Positions 41,528-49,390 of a stretch of DNA of 64,000 nucleotides are shown here, in pieces. Source of the stretch: Octopus sinensis. Its lineage: Eukaryota. A program made the translations under genes and the position numbers. The notes beneath the pieces are model-generated. The model was not told the DNA's origin and searched no databases. It saw only the letters and a list, made by a program, of their open reading frames with translations. The stretch covers positions 41,292,001 through 41,356,000 of the forward strand of contig NC_043015.1 of NCBI RefSeq assembly GCF_006345805.1, read 5' to 3'. Each line of letters opens with the position of its first letter. Positions within the stretch are counted from its first letter, which is position 1.

Positions 41528-42675
41528 CATCCAAAAATATACCTTAAGAATGAGAACCCAGGTTCGAAATTTCCCCAAGACACCTGATGAAGGCTGGAAG
41601 GTATATCAGCCAAAATGTTGTGTTAACAACAAACAAGGTGAGGAGAAATATCCATCAAATGTAATTAATGTGATATATGTTATGTATCAGCTCTCCATAC
41701 TCTGTATCTCATCCACAAGCGTTGCTGCCCACTTTCTCTCCCATCATTTACATACACCCACATCTCTCTCTCCTACATACACACACACACACACACACTA
41801 ATCACTCTGCATGGCATAGTTTATTCTTTTCTCTTTCTAGTCAGTTTATTTTCTTTTTGTGTGGGAATGCAATTCTTCAATTTTTCTCCAAATTGGCAGA
41901 AAAAAGAAGAAAAAAAACAAATGTTGCCATTCACTTCCTCCCTCACCCCTCTCTCTTTCTTTCTCTCCATCTCCCCTTCTCTTTCTCTTCCTCTCTCTCC
42001 ATCCTCTCCCCCACTCCCCTCACTACACACACCTTTCTCTGAACCTTCCATTCTCTCTCTCTCTCTCTCACACACAAATTCTGCATGACATTTCTATGCA
42101 TGACATATTCTCTCTCTCACTCTCCCCTCTCCTTCTCTATGTCTCTCCTTCTTTCTCCCCTCCCTCCTCTCTCCCCTTCTCTCTTTCCCTTCTCTCTCCC
42201 CTTCTCTCTTTCCCTTCTCTCCCCTCTCTTTCCCCTCCCACCTCTCTCTCGTCCTCTTCTCCTCTATCTTCTCTCTCTTTCTCTCTCTCCTTCTCTCCCC
42301 TTCTCTCTCCTACACTCTCTCTCCGCTCCCCTCGCCCCTCCCACCTCTCTCTCTCTCGCCCCTCTCTCTCCTCTCTCTCGCACTTCCCACCCTCCCCACT
42401 TTCCATTCATTCCCTCCCCTTCTCCATCCCTTCTCTCCCTCTCTTGTCCCCAACACCCCCACCCCACCACCTCTCTTCTCTTTCTGTTCTGCAACAGTTT
42501 CTCATGTAGAATTTAGGTGTTTTATATTTTCTTGAATTTTAACTTTCTTCACTCATACACACACACACACACATTGTTGGAACTGACTGTTGTCCAGTTA
42601 CCTCTAAATTTCACTCCTTGGGGGGGCAGGGGGCAATCATCAGCTGGGATAATAGCAACGTGTTTTTCAAATAAG

Positions 42676-42711
<36 letters not shown>

Positions 42712-44069
42712 CCGTCGGTTGTGATGACGAGGATTCCAGTTGATTAGATCAATGGAACAGCCTGCTCGTGAAATTAACGTGCATGTGGCTGAGAACTCCA
42801 CAGACACATGTACCCTTAACGTAGTTCTCGGGGAAGATTCAGCATGACACAGAGTGTGACAAGGCATGTCCTTTGAAATACAGGTACAACAGAAACAGAA
42901 AGAAAGAGTGAGAGAAAGTTGTGGTGAAAGAGCACAACAGGGTTCGCTACCACCCCCTGCTGGAGCCTCGTGGAGCTTTAGATGTTTTCGCTCAATAAAT
43001 ACTCACAGTGCCCGGTCTAGGAATTGAAACTGTGATCCTACAACCGCGAGTCTGTTGCCCTAACCACTGGGCCATTGCACCTCCACTGTGTGTGTGTGTG
43101 TGTGTGTGTACATTGTCAGTGGATCATATATGCAAATGAGAAGCACACTGATGGTTAGGGCAGCATTGTATTTATATGAAGTTAAATATATGTCCAGTCT
43201 GTGAAACCACTGGTCATAAAGTGACCAGTGGTCACTTTTATGACATATATTTAACTTCATATAAATATATATATAGAGAGAGAGAGAGAGAAAGAGAGAT
43301 ACACATAAAGCATACATAAATAGCTGTATGTGTCCTATGTAATTCTGCTAACCAAACTTAGAATACTTGGCTGAGTTCTTTCCACTTCATTCCACCAAAT
43401 AAAACAATGTGTTTGTGCCTGTGCATATATACTTGTGTGTGTGTATTCTTTATTTTCGTTTATATAAATATAAATTGATATACATACACAGCATGGTTTT
43501 GTGATTAAGAAGCAGTGGAACTGAAGTATGTGAATGTCTACTTTTAACCCATTAAGTCCCAGAGTAATTCAATTTCTGAATATTACTTTAAAATTATTTA
43601 CAGATGATTTAAAATAGGTTAAAATTTAAAAAATAATTATTAAAACTCCCTTAGAAATGGAAATACTCGGTGTCCTATAAATAGGACACTGAGACAATGT
43701 GTTATAGCTTATTTAATGTTCTCATTTAGTGTCCTATTTATAGGACAGTGGGACTTATGGGTTAACACTGTCACACACACACAAACCCACACACACATAC
43801 TCACATATATATATGAGAGAGAGGAAAACAGTTTTAAATCTCTGAGTGAGAAGTAAGTAGTAATGGTACTACAGAGAAAAAATCTATTTCCCAGCGTCAA
43901 GTGGCAGTCCTGATTAGGACGATGTTACTGCCTTTTTTAGCCTGAGGAAAACATCTTTTCCAGCTGGCTACCAATGCACAACTGTGTCCTTATACCTGCA
44001 TTAGGACTGCCGCTTTATGTTGGCAAATAGATTTTACTCTCTCTCTCTCTCTCTCTCTCTTACATTTAC

Positions 44070-44107
<38 letters not shown>

Positions 44108-44525
44108 AAAATTAAATATTAATTTTTACCCTATGAGTAAAAATGTCCGTAGACTGCAAATATTATTATATTGATTGTTGTGTGTGTGTATGAAATATAT
44201 TTATTAAGGCATAAGCATGGCTGTGGTTGAATTATTTCCCAGCCATGCAGTTTGGGGTTCAATCCCACTGCATGGCACCTTTTGGTAAGTGTCTTCCACT
44301 GTATCCTCCAGACTGACTGAAACCTTATGAGTTTATTTGATAGATGGAAAATGAAAGTTCATAATGTGTATGTTCCGGTTCTAGGAATATTTGCTGTAAA
44401 CATTTTTGCCACAGGGAAACTCGCTTTAGAAAACTTTGCCATATTGGAAATTTTGCCGTAAAATAATTTCAAAGATATGGCAGGCAGCCTGATTTAGAGA
44501 AATTGCATCTCTGAAAACAATTGTT

Positions 44526-44572
<47 letters not shown>

Positions 44573-45923
44573 TTTTTATAATTCTGTTTTAGATTTAACT
44601 GTTTTTTGTTTTCGTATATATATTGTACTAGCAGCTAAGCCCGGTTTCACCCAGTCTGTTTGGATGATGTGGCTATGATCGTTTTCGGTTAGGCATAATC
44701 TATAACAGCGTTTGTCATCCTTATCATTTCGGGTTCCCTGTTTCGATTGGATCCCCCAGCTGTATGAAAATTTCCTGACCCCACCCCATCAGAAAACAGC
44801 TTCTAAGCAACTGGTTGTTTTAATGGAAGAAGAAAGAGGGGAATTCCATTAGAAAAAGTTTTCATTGATTTTCTTGGTAAGTATGGAGGCCAGGAAAAAA
44901 ATACAAACTGCATTCCAATCTATGCACCTGTCTCCATATGTGTGCCATTTTTCACGTGAATCCACCCAACCGTTTGGCTGTGAACCTCAAAACAAGAAAG
45001 AATACAACGATCGCCCATGTCCAATTTATATTATAGATTACTTTATATTTAAGCAGAATTTTTTTTTGTTTTTTAAAATATAATCATCTTTTAGATTGCT
45101 TTATTTGCCACCACCAACCTCCACCTCGTAGCTTTGCCATAATAATATAAGGGATAGGCTGGTTGAAACAATTATATACCAAGGGAGTAATTCATCTTTT
45201 TTTCTGTGAAATTGTCTTGCAGTAAAATTTCCTATGTGGCGAACTTTTCCAATGGCCAAAATTCCTCAGGTGAATTTACCTGCAGCAGACTTTCTGGACA
45301 CATGTATGTTTGTGTGTGTGTGTGTGTATGTTTGCTCGTCCTGACTTCATATGATGGTTATAAGCAAGTGCAATCATCATACAAGTGGTGTCATTTGTGT
45401 TTTGTCCTTTGTGGAAACGTGTGAGGGTTGGCGAAAGGAATGGGACTTGGCCAGAGAAAATTTGCTGAAGTGAATTCTGTCTGACCCATGCTAGCATGGA
45501 AAAGTGGACATTAAAACAATGATAATGAAAATAAGGATGATTTAAAACCCCAAAAAAAAAACCATGCTGATGACAATAATACATATAGGTTGCATGGTGA
45601 AGTGTATTTTGCAACCTCGTGGCTTTAGGTTCAATCTCATTGAACGGCCCCAGGACATGTCTTCTGTTCTGTGTGTGTGTGTGTGTATTCTCTTATTTTT
45701 TTACTTGTTTTGGTCATTTGAATGCAGCCATGCTGGAGCACTGCCTTGAAAGGTTTTGGTCAAACAAATCACTCCAAGGACTTTTTCTTTTTTTAAAGCC
45801 TTGTACTTATTCTATTGGTCTTTTTTGCCGAACGGCTAAGTTATGGGGACGTAAACACACCAACACTGGTTGTCAAGCAGTGATGGGGTGGGGGAGACAG
45901 ACACACAGACACACACACACATA

Positions 45924-45979
<56 letters not shown>

Positions 45980-45987
45980 TAGATATA

Positions 45988-46042
<55 letters not shown>

Positions 46043-47607
46043 CACACACACACAACAGGCTTCTTTCAGTTTCCATCTTCCAAATTCACTCAGAAGGCTT
46101 TTATTCTTCTTTAGACTGTGGCCATGCTGGGGCACCGCCTTAAAGAATTTTAGTCTAACGAACCAACCTCTCTATTTATTCTATTGGCTTTTGTTATGAG
46201 ATAAATCTGATCTCCTCTTTGGTTTAACACCATCCACAGCCTGCTGGGTCATTTCAAACTGTCCAGCCAATGCCACCATGGAAACGGACGTTAAATCATA
46301 GTGATGATGATGATCATCATCTGGACTTTGGGTGCATTTCGCTAAGTCCACTCTGTTGAAAGCATTTAGAACAGGTTTCCAATCCAAGGACAACTGGTTC
46401 TTTTGACCCACCTCTTCCATGGGTCAGTGTTTCTGCTACTCTTACTCACCAAATCTGAGTCCGGGATACTTCTAAAGTTGTAACTGACCACTGCTTTCCC
46501 TTTTCAGACTAAGTCTCTTCTCAATTGTTAATTTGTTTTCTGTTTTCTGTTGTATGTGATTGTAAAGCGTTGATCTCTGTTGTGTCAGAGTCTGGTTGGT
46601 GTGTGTAGCGCTTGGTCAACATGCTGGGACGATAAATAATGCAGTTTGTGTTTTTTTTGTTTGTTTTTCTAGTTGCCATAACGATGCCTTTGACAGCTGC
46701 CAGTAAGACCAATGACGATACAATTGTTGGGAAAGTTCATCTTCCACTTCAGATGGAAACGCAAGGAGAAAAACAACAACAACAACAGCAGCAACAAGTG
46801 CAGCAGCAGCATCAACAGTTCAAACGCCTGCAGCAGCAACAACTACGACAAAAACAATCTCTGCCACTACATCACCATGAAGTCCATTTAACAGAACCCA
46901 AAAGCTTCCATTTGTCCCCCACAAATAAACAGAAACCTTTTCATGAATCTCCAAATTTTGACGTCGGAAAGAAAAATGACCACCGGAAGTTGACCGAAAC
47001 TCGGTCGCTTCCTTTCTTGTTGAGGACTGAACAAAAAGCATTGGATCAGAGAGCTATTCCGACATCGCTAAAAACCGACGCTAAAGTCTATTATTACCCG
47101 TCTAAATATTCAGATGATGGAGTCCGGCTGACAGCTGCCAGAAGCCTAGACACTGTCACTTCATTTAACCCTGCTACCACTTCTAAGCCTGGCAAGCTGC
47201 CGTCGGAGCACACTGAAGTGCCACTGTCGGCATTGCGCCACATCAAATCGCCACCTGTCGTCACGGCGAAGGTGTGCGTGAAAACGACGGCTCCCAGGCC
47301 AAACCAGCCTCGACACCGAGAAGAAATCTTCGACCTGTTGCCTGGCATTTCTCCCAGTTCTGCATCTAACCCCAAGACGCCGTTACATCGGACTGTGTCT
47401 GCCAATTCCCCCGTCGTCCTCACTTCCATCATACCGATCGAACCAAAGATGCAGGCGCCTGAGATTCCACTCGCCCACAAACCTGCAAGCAGCAAATCCA
47501 GTTCTCCATCAGTGACGTCTACGGAATCGCTGGACTCCTCATCCTCGGAATTACTCATTCCCCTTGCGCGTTCGCCCTCAGATGATCGTCAACCACGTTT
47601 TGTTTGA
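2714..47607 (+). CDS. ARHGAP45-like: F-BAR + RhoGAP protein, ARHGAP45/ARHGAP29/GMIP family (5'-partial; 18 exons: 2714-2791, 5337-5396, 6111-6167, 7816-7949, 9516-9631, 11005-11184, 13555-13601, 15263-15403, 16267-16404, 17140-17196, 18305-18423, 19785-19865, 21020-21098, 21849-21897, 23034-23085, 24508-24562, 28854-29055, 46673-47607)
   Basis: Hand-spliced AG/GT exons total 2580 nt (860 codons) with consistent phases. RhoGAP motifs: [57 protein letters not shown]. The F-BAR-like end reads [37 protein letters not shown]. The C-terminus RQPRFV resembles, from recall, the ARHGAP45/ARHGAP29 PDZ-binding tails. Confidence 0.88.
3468..3765 (+). mobile_element. tRNA-derived SINE family C (head GGAGGCGCAATGGCCCAGTGGTTAGGGC); other copies ~6292-6590+, 20235-20525+, 21930-22290-, 29410-29600+, 36890-37210-, 42880-43085-
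   Basis: tRNA A/B-box-like head (TGGCCCAGTGG...GTTTCGATTCC) and a shared body across copies. Confidence 0.8.
3781..3978. mobile_element. fold-back MITE-like palindrome (~100-bp arms, TA-flanked)
   Basis: tggtgtgttatgagattttatggaaaggtatcccata ... tatgggatacctttccataaaattctcatagcacacca. Confidence 0.75.
4125..5205. repeat. compound (TA)n/(TG)n microsatellite, ~1.1 kb
   Basis: alternating TA and TG runs with recurring GTATG junctions. Confidence 0.97.
5337..5396 (+). CDS. exon: [20 protein letters not shown] (F-BAR)
   Basis: long polypyrimidine tract ending ttccag, gtgagt donor, phase 0/0. Confidence 0.85.
5460..5900 (+). mobile_element. SINE-like family D ((CAT)n-CGTTTAACGTCC...GGATGCCCTTCCTAACGCCAACC plus internal hairpin units); other copies ~500-720, 8760-9220, 11290-11655, 11800-12090, 14410-14650, 19370-19700, 22700-22910, 29625-29815, 31030-31280, 40810-41040, 52870-53147, 55540-55850, 59400-59800, 61630-61800
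   Basis: about 15 homologous copies on both strands ending in (ATG/CAT)n tails, as is typical of RTE-mobilised elements. Confidence 0.8.
6111..6167 (+). CDS. exon: [19 protein letters not shown] (F-BAR)
   Basis: ttattttgcag acceptor, CAG|gtaaat donor, phase 0/0. Confidence 0.85.
7380..7745 (+). mobile_element. tRNA-derived SINE family B (GGAGTGGCTGTGTGGTAAG...CAAGTAAAAGAG); other copies ~3080-3250-, 20600-20880+, 23305-23675+, 24780-24915-, 30610-31020+, 45700-46080-, 53330-53810, 54400-54800+, 56960-57340-, 58610-58970-, 60640-60780-
   Basis: tRNA-like head with GGTTCAGTCCC B-box, CCTTGGGCAAGTG core and an internal (TA/TG)n tract. Confidence 0.82.
7816..7949 (+). CDS. exon: [25 protein letters not shown]...FKPYIPTTK (end of F-BAR extension)
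   Basis: ctctccaacag acceptor, gtgagt donor, phase 0/2. Confidence 0.85.
8330..8730 (-). mobile_element. RTE-clade LINE reverse-transcriptase remnant
   Basis: [23 protein letters not shown]...[21 protein letters not shown] (degenerate YADD), followed by a Cys-rich insert with stops. Confidence 0.85.
9516..9631 (+). CDS. exon: [16 protein letters not shown]...THGNSG (Ser-rich linker)
   Basis: T-rich tract ending cattag, G|gtatgt donor, phase 2/1 matches neighbours. Confidence 0.75.
9985..10375 (-). mobile_element. LINE (RTE-like) ORF2 C-terminal remnant with C2H2 zinc fingers
   Basis: [23 protein letters not shown], then a second, frameshifted CxxC...H finger. Confidence 0.6.
10560..10915 (-). 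mobile_element. SINE-like family F (second partial copy 42700-42890)
   Basis: shared ggaacagcctgctc...acccttaacgtagttct...gtgacacagagtgtgacaagg body; tRNA/CORE-like end near 10820-10915. Confidence 0.65.
11005..11184 (+). CDS. exon: [28 protein letters not shown]...DSEY (Ser/acidic linker)
   Basis: ttccctctag acceptor, gtaagt donor, phase 1/1; the SDSDS motif resembles the family linker. Confidence 0.8.
12160..12325 (+). mobile_element. possible non-autonomous Helentron-type (HINE-like) fragment
   Basis: attatcacctccgcc...gggtattgtttt...tttgtttgcctgt...gatgaaactt pattern. Confidence 0.35.
12540..12895 (+). mobile_element. possible Tx1/L1-like LINE 3' end
   Basis: [27 protein letters not shown] followed by a UTR-like segment with AATAAA. 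Confidence 0.4.
13186..13553. repeat. (ATT)n microsatellite abutting an exon acceptor
   Basis: ~370 bp of imperfect ATT repeat. Confidence 0.97.
13555..13601 (+). CDS. small exon: [15 protein letters not shown]
   Basis: attatag acceptor after (ATT)n, gtaagt donor; phase 1/0 is needed to bridge the neighbouring exons. Confidence 0.65.
15263..15403 (+). CDS. exon: [22 protein letters not shown]...IERKGITIK (RhoGAP start)
   Basis: ttgttccag acceptor, AAG|gtgaga donor, phase 0/0; RhoGAP N-terminal motif. Confidence 0.9.
15600..16120 (+). mobile_element. tRNA-derived SINE family A (GGCGGCGAGCTGGCAGAATCGTTAGC...) as a tandem trimer; other copies ~2860-3030-, 6950-7365-, 9725-9930+, 12330-12530+, 12970-13180+, 13915-14290+, 14830-15030+, 21345-21580+, 28470-28620+, 32990-33230-, 51100-51290+, 55115-55510+, 58020-58225-
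   Basis: tRNA-like head, GAGTTCAAATTCC B-box and GCCGAGGTCGACTTTGCCTTTCATCCTTTCGGGGTCGATAAATTAAGTACCAG core. Confidence 0.85.
16267..16404 (+). CDS. exon: [20 protein letters not shown]...VLKMYLRQ (RhoGAP arginine finger)
   Basis: cttcag acceptor, CAG|gtaaga donor, phase 0/0. Confidence 0.93.
17140..17196 (+). CDS. exon: [19 protein letters not shown] (RhoGAP)
   Basis: ctcttccag acceptor, gtaagt donor, phase 0/0. Confidence 0.92.
17617..17825. mobile_element. fold-back element, copy 1 (copy 2 at 32125-32438)
   Basis: terminal arms ctgttgtgtctggggagagtcatt ... aatgactctccccagacacaacag. Confidence 0.75.
17935..18230 (-). mobile_element. Tc1/mariner transposase C-terminal remnant
   Basis: KWLLENF...[47 protein letters not shown] (degenerate SPDLNPxDY region). 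Confidence 0.75.
18305..18423 (+). CDS. exon: [40 protein letters not shown] (RhoGAP)
   Basis: atttcag acceptor, gtaagt donor, phase 0/2. Confidence 0.9.
18447..18660. repeat. (CAT)n microsatellite just downstream of an exon donor
   Basis: ~210 bp of imperfect CAT repeat. Confidence 0.96.
19785..19865 (+). CDS. exon: [26 protein letters not shown] (RhoGAP)
   Basis: ttattttcag acceptor, gtaagt donor, phase 2/2. Confidence 0.92.
19943..20170. mobile_element. piggyBac-like MITE family (partial copies ~7990-8120, 22397-22590, 53150-53230)
   Basis: ends taaccc(c)tttgcatt ... aatgctaaaaggttaa (TTAA-CCC type TIR). Confidence 0.55.
21020..21098 (+). CDS. exon: [26 protein letters not shown] (RhoGAP end)
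   Basis: (ct)n-tttacag acceptor, gtaagt donor, phase 2/0. Confidence 0.9.
21849..21897 (+). CDS. exon: [16 protein letters not shown]
   Basis: ttttctgcag acceptor, gtaaga donor, phase 0/1; xLF follows the end of the GAP domain. Confidence 0.8.
23034..23085 (+). CDS. exon: [17 protein letters not shown]
   Basis: cttattcaag acceptor, gtaaga donor, phase 1/2. Confidence 0.6.
24508..24562 (+). CDS. exon: [18 protein letters not shown]
   Basis: tatttag acceptor, GAG|gtaagc donor, phase 2/0. Confidence 0.65.
25281..25516. mobile_element. Tc1/mariner-type MITE
   Basis: ~30-bp TIR CAGGGTGGCCCAAAAG..GGTTTA..AGTTAT, with TA on both sides. Confidence 0.85.
27073..27305. mobile_element. MITE with ~80-bp TIRs (truncated second copy 48281-48420)
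   Basis: gtacatttaaacacataaggaatccactcg...ataaccacaaaatta and its reverse complement. Confidence 0.8.
27905..28450. repeat. compound (CA)n/(CAGA) microsatellite
   Basis: direct inspection. Confidence 0.95.
28854..29055 (+). CDS. exon: [17 protein letters not shown](T-rich)...SHDPISSG
   Basis: long T-tract ending atttcaag, G|gtgagt donor; phase 0/1 links to the terminal exon. Confidence 0.65.
31535..31753. mobile_element. hAT (Charlie-like) MITE
   Basis: TIR cagtgcttttcaaac / gttgaaaaccactg; 8-bp TSD agttagac / ggttagac. Confidence 0.82.
33635..34250. repeat. 27-30-bp pyrimidine minisatellite (TTTAGCTCTCATCCTCTCTCCCTTTCTCTC) with a higher-order duplication
   Basis: about 20 units; the tagcttgcatgctctctcagcctctctgtttagttctcatg block occurs twice (~33870 and ~34196). 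Confidence 0.9.
35240..35970. mobile_element. two copies of SINE family E in tail-to-tail inverted orientation (third copy 63640-63960+)
   Basis: gtgttcttgagcaagacactttatttcac...gaaagtaactttctaggtgcaaccc at 35240-35520 and its reverse complement at 35640-35970. Confidence 0.8.
36731..37261. mobile_element. TIR element interrupted by a family C SINE (related sequence ~54940-55075)
   Basis: aattatctccgttgtattaaattt ... aaatttaatgcaagggagataat. Confidence 0.55.
38060..40650. repeat. 26-bp minisatellite (CTACTCAGGCTGGTCCTCTGCCACCT)n, roughly 95-100 units
   Basis: homogeneous core with diverged ends; explains both 915-aa ORFs. Confidence 0.97.
41176..41672. mobile_element. palindrome of a tRNA-headed SINE carrying a minimal hammerhead-like motif in each arm
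   Basis: arms ~41225-41440 and ~41457-41672 are reverse complements; GACAC-CTGATGA-A-GGCTG(n10)CAGCC-AAAAT-GTT-GTGTT at 41579-41624. Confidence 0.75.
41935..42480. repeat. polypyrimidine (CT-rich) low-complexity tract
   Basis: direct inspection. Confidence 0.93.
43548..43761. mobile_element. piggyBac-type MITE
   Basis: TTAA|CCCATTAAGTCCC ... GGGACTTATGGG|TTAA. Confidence 0.8.
44627..44860 (+). mobile_element. Helentron/HINE-like fragment
   Basis: starts TACTAGCAGCTAAGCCCGGTTTCACCC, similar to the start of 53886. Confidence 0.45.
46673..47607 (+). CDS. terminal coding exon (polyQ, Ser/Pro-rich, ends ...DDRQPRFV*)
   Basis: ttgtttttctag acceptor, phase 1; 935-nt GC-richer open frame ending at TGA 47605-47607. 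Confidence 0.85.
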
Positions 47608-47999
47608 TGAATTTTTTTTTTTTTAATTAAATATTTATAAATATTTAAAAAAAAAAAAAGAACATCATAATATAAATATAAACAAACAAAAAATATAAAT
47701 ATATTAGCTGGATGTTTAACATTTATTTCTTTTTTTCCAACATCCCCCCCCCCCCCATTTTTATTGTTTTCTTTTTTATTTCATATTTTTTTGTGTTTTT
47801 CATTTTTCTGGGGGTTTTTAAAAAATTTTTTGTAAGTTATACAAAAATTTCAAGAATAACTGTGGGGCATCCTTGCCTAGATTCTGGGCGAAATTTATAA
47901 ATGTTGATTTTTTTTTTTCCCCCTTTTCCCCCTTCTCCCCACTCATACAGAATTTTTTCTTGTGTCCTCCTTCTTCAAAGATGTTTATTGCCAAAACCC

Positions 48000-48036
<37 letters not shown>

Positions 48037-48461
48037 AAAATGAAGTTGGAAAACTCCAAAAAATTTTTCCAGAAGTCTGAGTGTGTTTGTCTTTGTCTTT
48101 TGTTATGATGTTGATTATAATATTATTTCCTTCTCTTATTTTTAACTTGGGTTCATCACACACACAGACACACACACACATACATACACACACAGAGGAA
48201 CAGTCTAATTGTTAGGATTCCTGGCGTTCAGCCAAGCAGCAGTTTGGCAGATTCACAACATATATATATATATAAAATACAGTATACATTTAAACACATA
48301 AAGAATCCACTCGTGGGATTCAACAGGCTAGAAAGAACAGCTAGGTTCTATAACCACAAAAATTAGGGATAGAATTTGACAGGAATGAAATGAAAAAATA
48401 AAAACTTTTACCATCTAGTTGGCATTTTTTTATTGCCGACGAGGTGCTGCCTCTGCGCAAC

Positions 48462-48511
<50 letters not shown>

Positions 48512-48617
48512 AATTGAGATAGGGGTTGTAAATGCAACCCTCCATGGGATAACATATATCCAATATACTGCTAGTGAAGTACCCAACAAAGTTAATACAT
48601 AAATGTCAAGGATTGCA

Positions 48618-48642
<25 letters not shown>

Positions 48643-48648
<6 letters not shown>

Positions 48649-49354
48649 AAATTTATGTCCATTATAAGGGCACTCGAGGCGCCTACCTGCTAGAAAGAGG
48701 AGCTAAAACCCTCAATTAAACCACCAACAATACTGAAAAATTCAACAGAAAAACAACCATATGCAGGCAAACAGGTTAAACAATTTTGATATGACCAAAT
48801 ACAGCTCAAAGTTAAATATTTTGGTATTTGGATCTACTTGGATCGTGATTTCTAGTTCTGGCCAAAAGCCTCAACCCTCATCAGCAAGTTTTGCCAACTG
48901 AAGAAAAAATCCTTTAACTCATTACGTTGAAGTCGACTGAAGTGTTCTGAATTTTGGGGGGAGGGGGCCCAAAATCAGAACAGCTTCAGTGCTGAGAGGG
49001 ATTCCTTGGGGTTTGAATAATTCACCTCTGGAAACATGGGCCTTTCATTCAACATCCTTTACTCTTATTCAGGAACCTTTTGAGCAGGATGAGCTGCTCA
49101 GCTGGAAGAAAATTCTGAGTAAATAAGGAGTAAATATTCAGTATTGAATATTTATATAGATATTATTATTGTTATTATTATCTGCAGTAAATATAAATAG
49201 TTGATGATAACAACAATAATAATAATAATAATATAGGTGGTTGCAGGCCTTAAATAGCATTTGATAGCTATAGAATTAAGATTTGAAATTTATATCCATG
49301 AAAAGGGCACAGGGCACACAAGGTGCCTACCTGCTAGAAAGAGGAGCTAAAACC

Positions 49355-49390
<36 letters not shown>

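Noticed and set aside
44101-44133. 15-bp perfect hairpin
   Set aside because: Short and AT-rich next to (TA)n; likely a MITE footprint or chance.
47094-47558. 154-aa minus-strand ORF
   Set aside because: Antisense shadow of the terminal coding exon.
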